A stretch of DNA of 64,000 nucleotides from Phycisphaerales bacterium UBA5793 (lineage in GTDB: Bacteria > Planctomycetota > Phycisphaerae > Phycisphaerales > UBA5793). Position 1 is the stretch's first letter, and every line of letters begins with the position of its first letter. Both the position numbers and the translations under genes were made by a program. The notes under the pieces are model-generated. The model saw only the letters and a list, made by a program, of their open reading frames with translations. It did not search any database and was not told the origin of the DNA. Below are positions 63,386 through 64,000 of this stretch, one piece after another. Location: NCBI GenBank assembly GCA_002418285.1, contig DIDT01000018.1:90309-154308 (forward strand), read 5' to 3'.

Positions 63386-64000
63386 ATGCCGCGTCTCTCT
63401 ACACTTGCGAGCCTTCCGCTCACCCTCCTGATCCTGGCCCTGCTCGTGCTGGCATCGGGGCTGGGAGGGGCCTACTGGCACTACCGGCAGGTGATTTCCG
63501 GCCGCGAGCAGGAACTCGAGCAATCGCTCGTCGAGGCCGCGCGGCGTCAGCAGGTACTCGAAGGCATGATCGACCGCCTCACCCGCAGCCGGCGACTCGC
63601 CCAGATCGTGGTGACCCACCAGAAAACCGGCCCCGCGGGCCTGCCCACCGAGACCACGCTTCTCATGGTCGAACTCGGCGCCGACGAAGAGCCCGTCGCT
63701 CGACACTGCTTCACCATCCCCGGCCATATCGCTTTCTTCGACGGTCTGGTGGTCAAGTTCGACCATGACGCCGTCGCGACAGCCCATCCCATGCGCGGTC
63801 AGACGGTCGTCCTTCTTCGCCGCGTCTACTCCGACCTGCTGGCGCCCAAAGACGGCCTGCCCATTGACGCGGTCGGTGAGGTTCCTGCTGCCTATGCCGG
63901 GCCGGAGCGGCCGCTCGACTTTGAGAAGAAGCTGTGGGAGCGATTCTGGGATCTGTGCAACGATCCGGTCCTCGCAACCGAGTACGGCGTGCGCGTCGCC
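63386..64000 (+). CDS. Membrane-anchored hypothetical protein, N-terminal fragment; the gene runs off the window end
   Basis: Not in the ORF track because it is edge-truncated. ATG 63386 opens MPRLSTLASLPLTLLILALLVLASGLGGAYWHYRQVISGREQELEQSL...HIAFFDGLVVKFDHD... with no stop up to 64000 (205 codons). It is divergent from 60502..63324. Confidence 0.55.
   Translation, partial: MPRLSTLASLPLTLLILALLVLASGLGGAYWHYRQVISGREQELEQSLVEAARRQQVLEGMIDRLTRSRRLAQIVVTHQKTGPAGLPTETTLLMVELGADEEPVARHCFTIPGHIAFFDGLVVKFDHDAVATAHPMRGQTVVLLRRVYSDLLAPKDGLPIDAVGEVPAAYAGPERPLDFEKKLWERFWDLCNDPVLATEYGVRVA

Noticed and set aside
1-64000. Search for tRNA, rRNA, CRISPR arrays, IS elements, integrases, prophage genes, toxin-antitoxin pairs or known defence systems
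   Set aside because: I found no cloverleaf-like or rRNA-like segments, no regularly spaced repeats, and no transposase, integrase or phage motifs by eye. The longest non-coding stretches (about 200-550 bp) flank the paralog array and contain only hairpins and short repeats. A covariance-model scan (tRNAscan-SE, Infernal) would be needed to be certain.

Overview
GC-rich, densely coding bacterial chromosomal window with about 60 protein genes. I saw no rRNA, tRNA, CRISPR array, transposase or integrase. The gene content suggests the PVC group, probably Planctomycetota/Phycisphaerae, but that is inference only. The supporting families are a Minf_1886-like protein, many prepilin-type pseudopilins, sulfatase-fold and sulfotransferase genes, and FG-GAP, BNR and kelch exoproteins.

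Main blocks, in order:
- 1-5.9 kb: a glycosyltransferase, alkaline-phosphatase-superfamily genes, two tandem sulfotransferases and a methyltransferase.
- 5.8-10 kb: a cyclodeaminase-family gene, then a four-gene operon of small or hypothetical, lipoprotein and RDD proteins.
- 10-13.7 kb: kynurenine-pathway genes and scoAB.
- 13.8-24.2 kb: a translationally coupled T2SS/T4P-like operon. The order is PilZ, GspE, GspF, five pseudopilins, a Tat-signal beta-helix protein, then GspL/PilMN-like, GspM/PilO-like and GspC/PilP-like genes. No secretin or prepilin peptidase lies in the window.
- 24-29 kb: gnd, a low-complexity membrane protein and tatD.
- 29.5-34.1 kb: a tandem array of four paralogous secreted proteins.
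- 34.6-41.5 kb: dnaB, an EAL-CBS-degenerate-GGDEF protein, an orphan nuoA and housekeeping genes.
- 42.5-56 kb: four more large exoproteins (FG-GAP, kelch/galactose-oxidase-like, a 7x-repeat propeller, BNR/sialidase-like), interleaved with msrBA, ygfZ-like, an M42 peptidase and a TPR lipoprotein.
- 56-64 kb: chrA, an AI-2E transporter, an epimerase and a large secreted hypothetical.

Most interesting signal: eight signal-peptide proteins between 29.5 and 56 kb carry unrelated N-terminal domains but share one roughly 100-aa module at the extreme C-terminus. Five have a strict 4-Cys form ending SNV(V/A/L)(Q/P)(L/I)P, and three have a relaxed form. I cannot assign the module to a named family. 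It looks like a portable secretion or surface-attachment tag, and it sits next to the secretin-less T2SS-like operon.

All calls rest on motif recognition by eye. No database search was possible.
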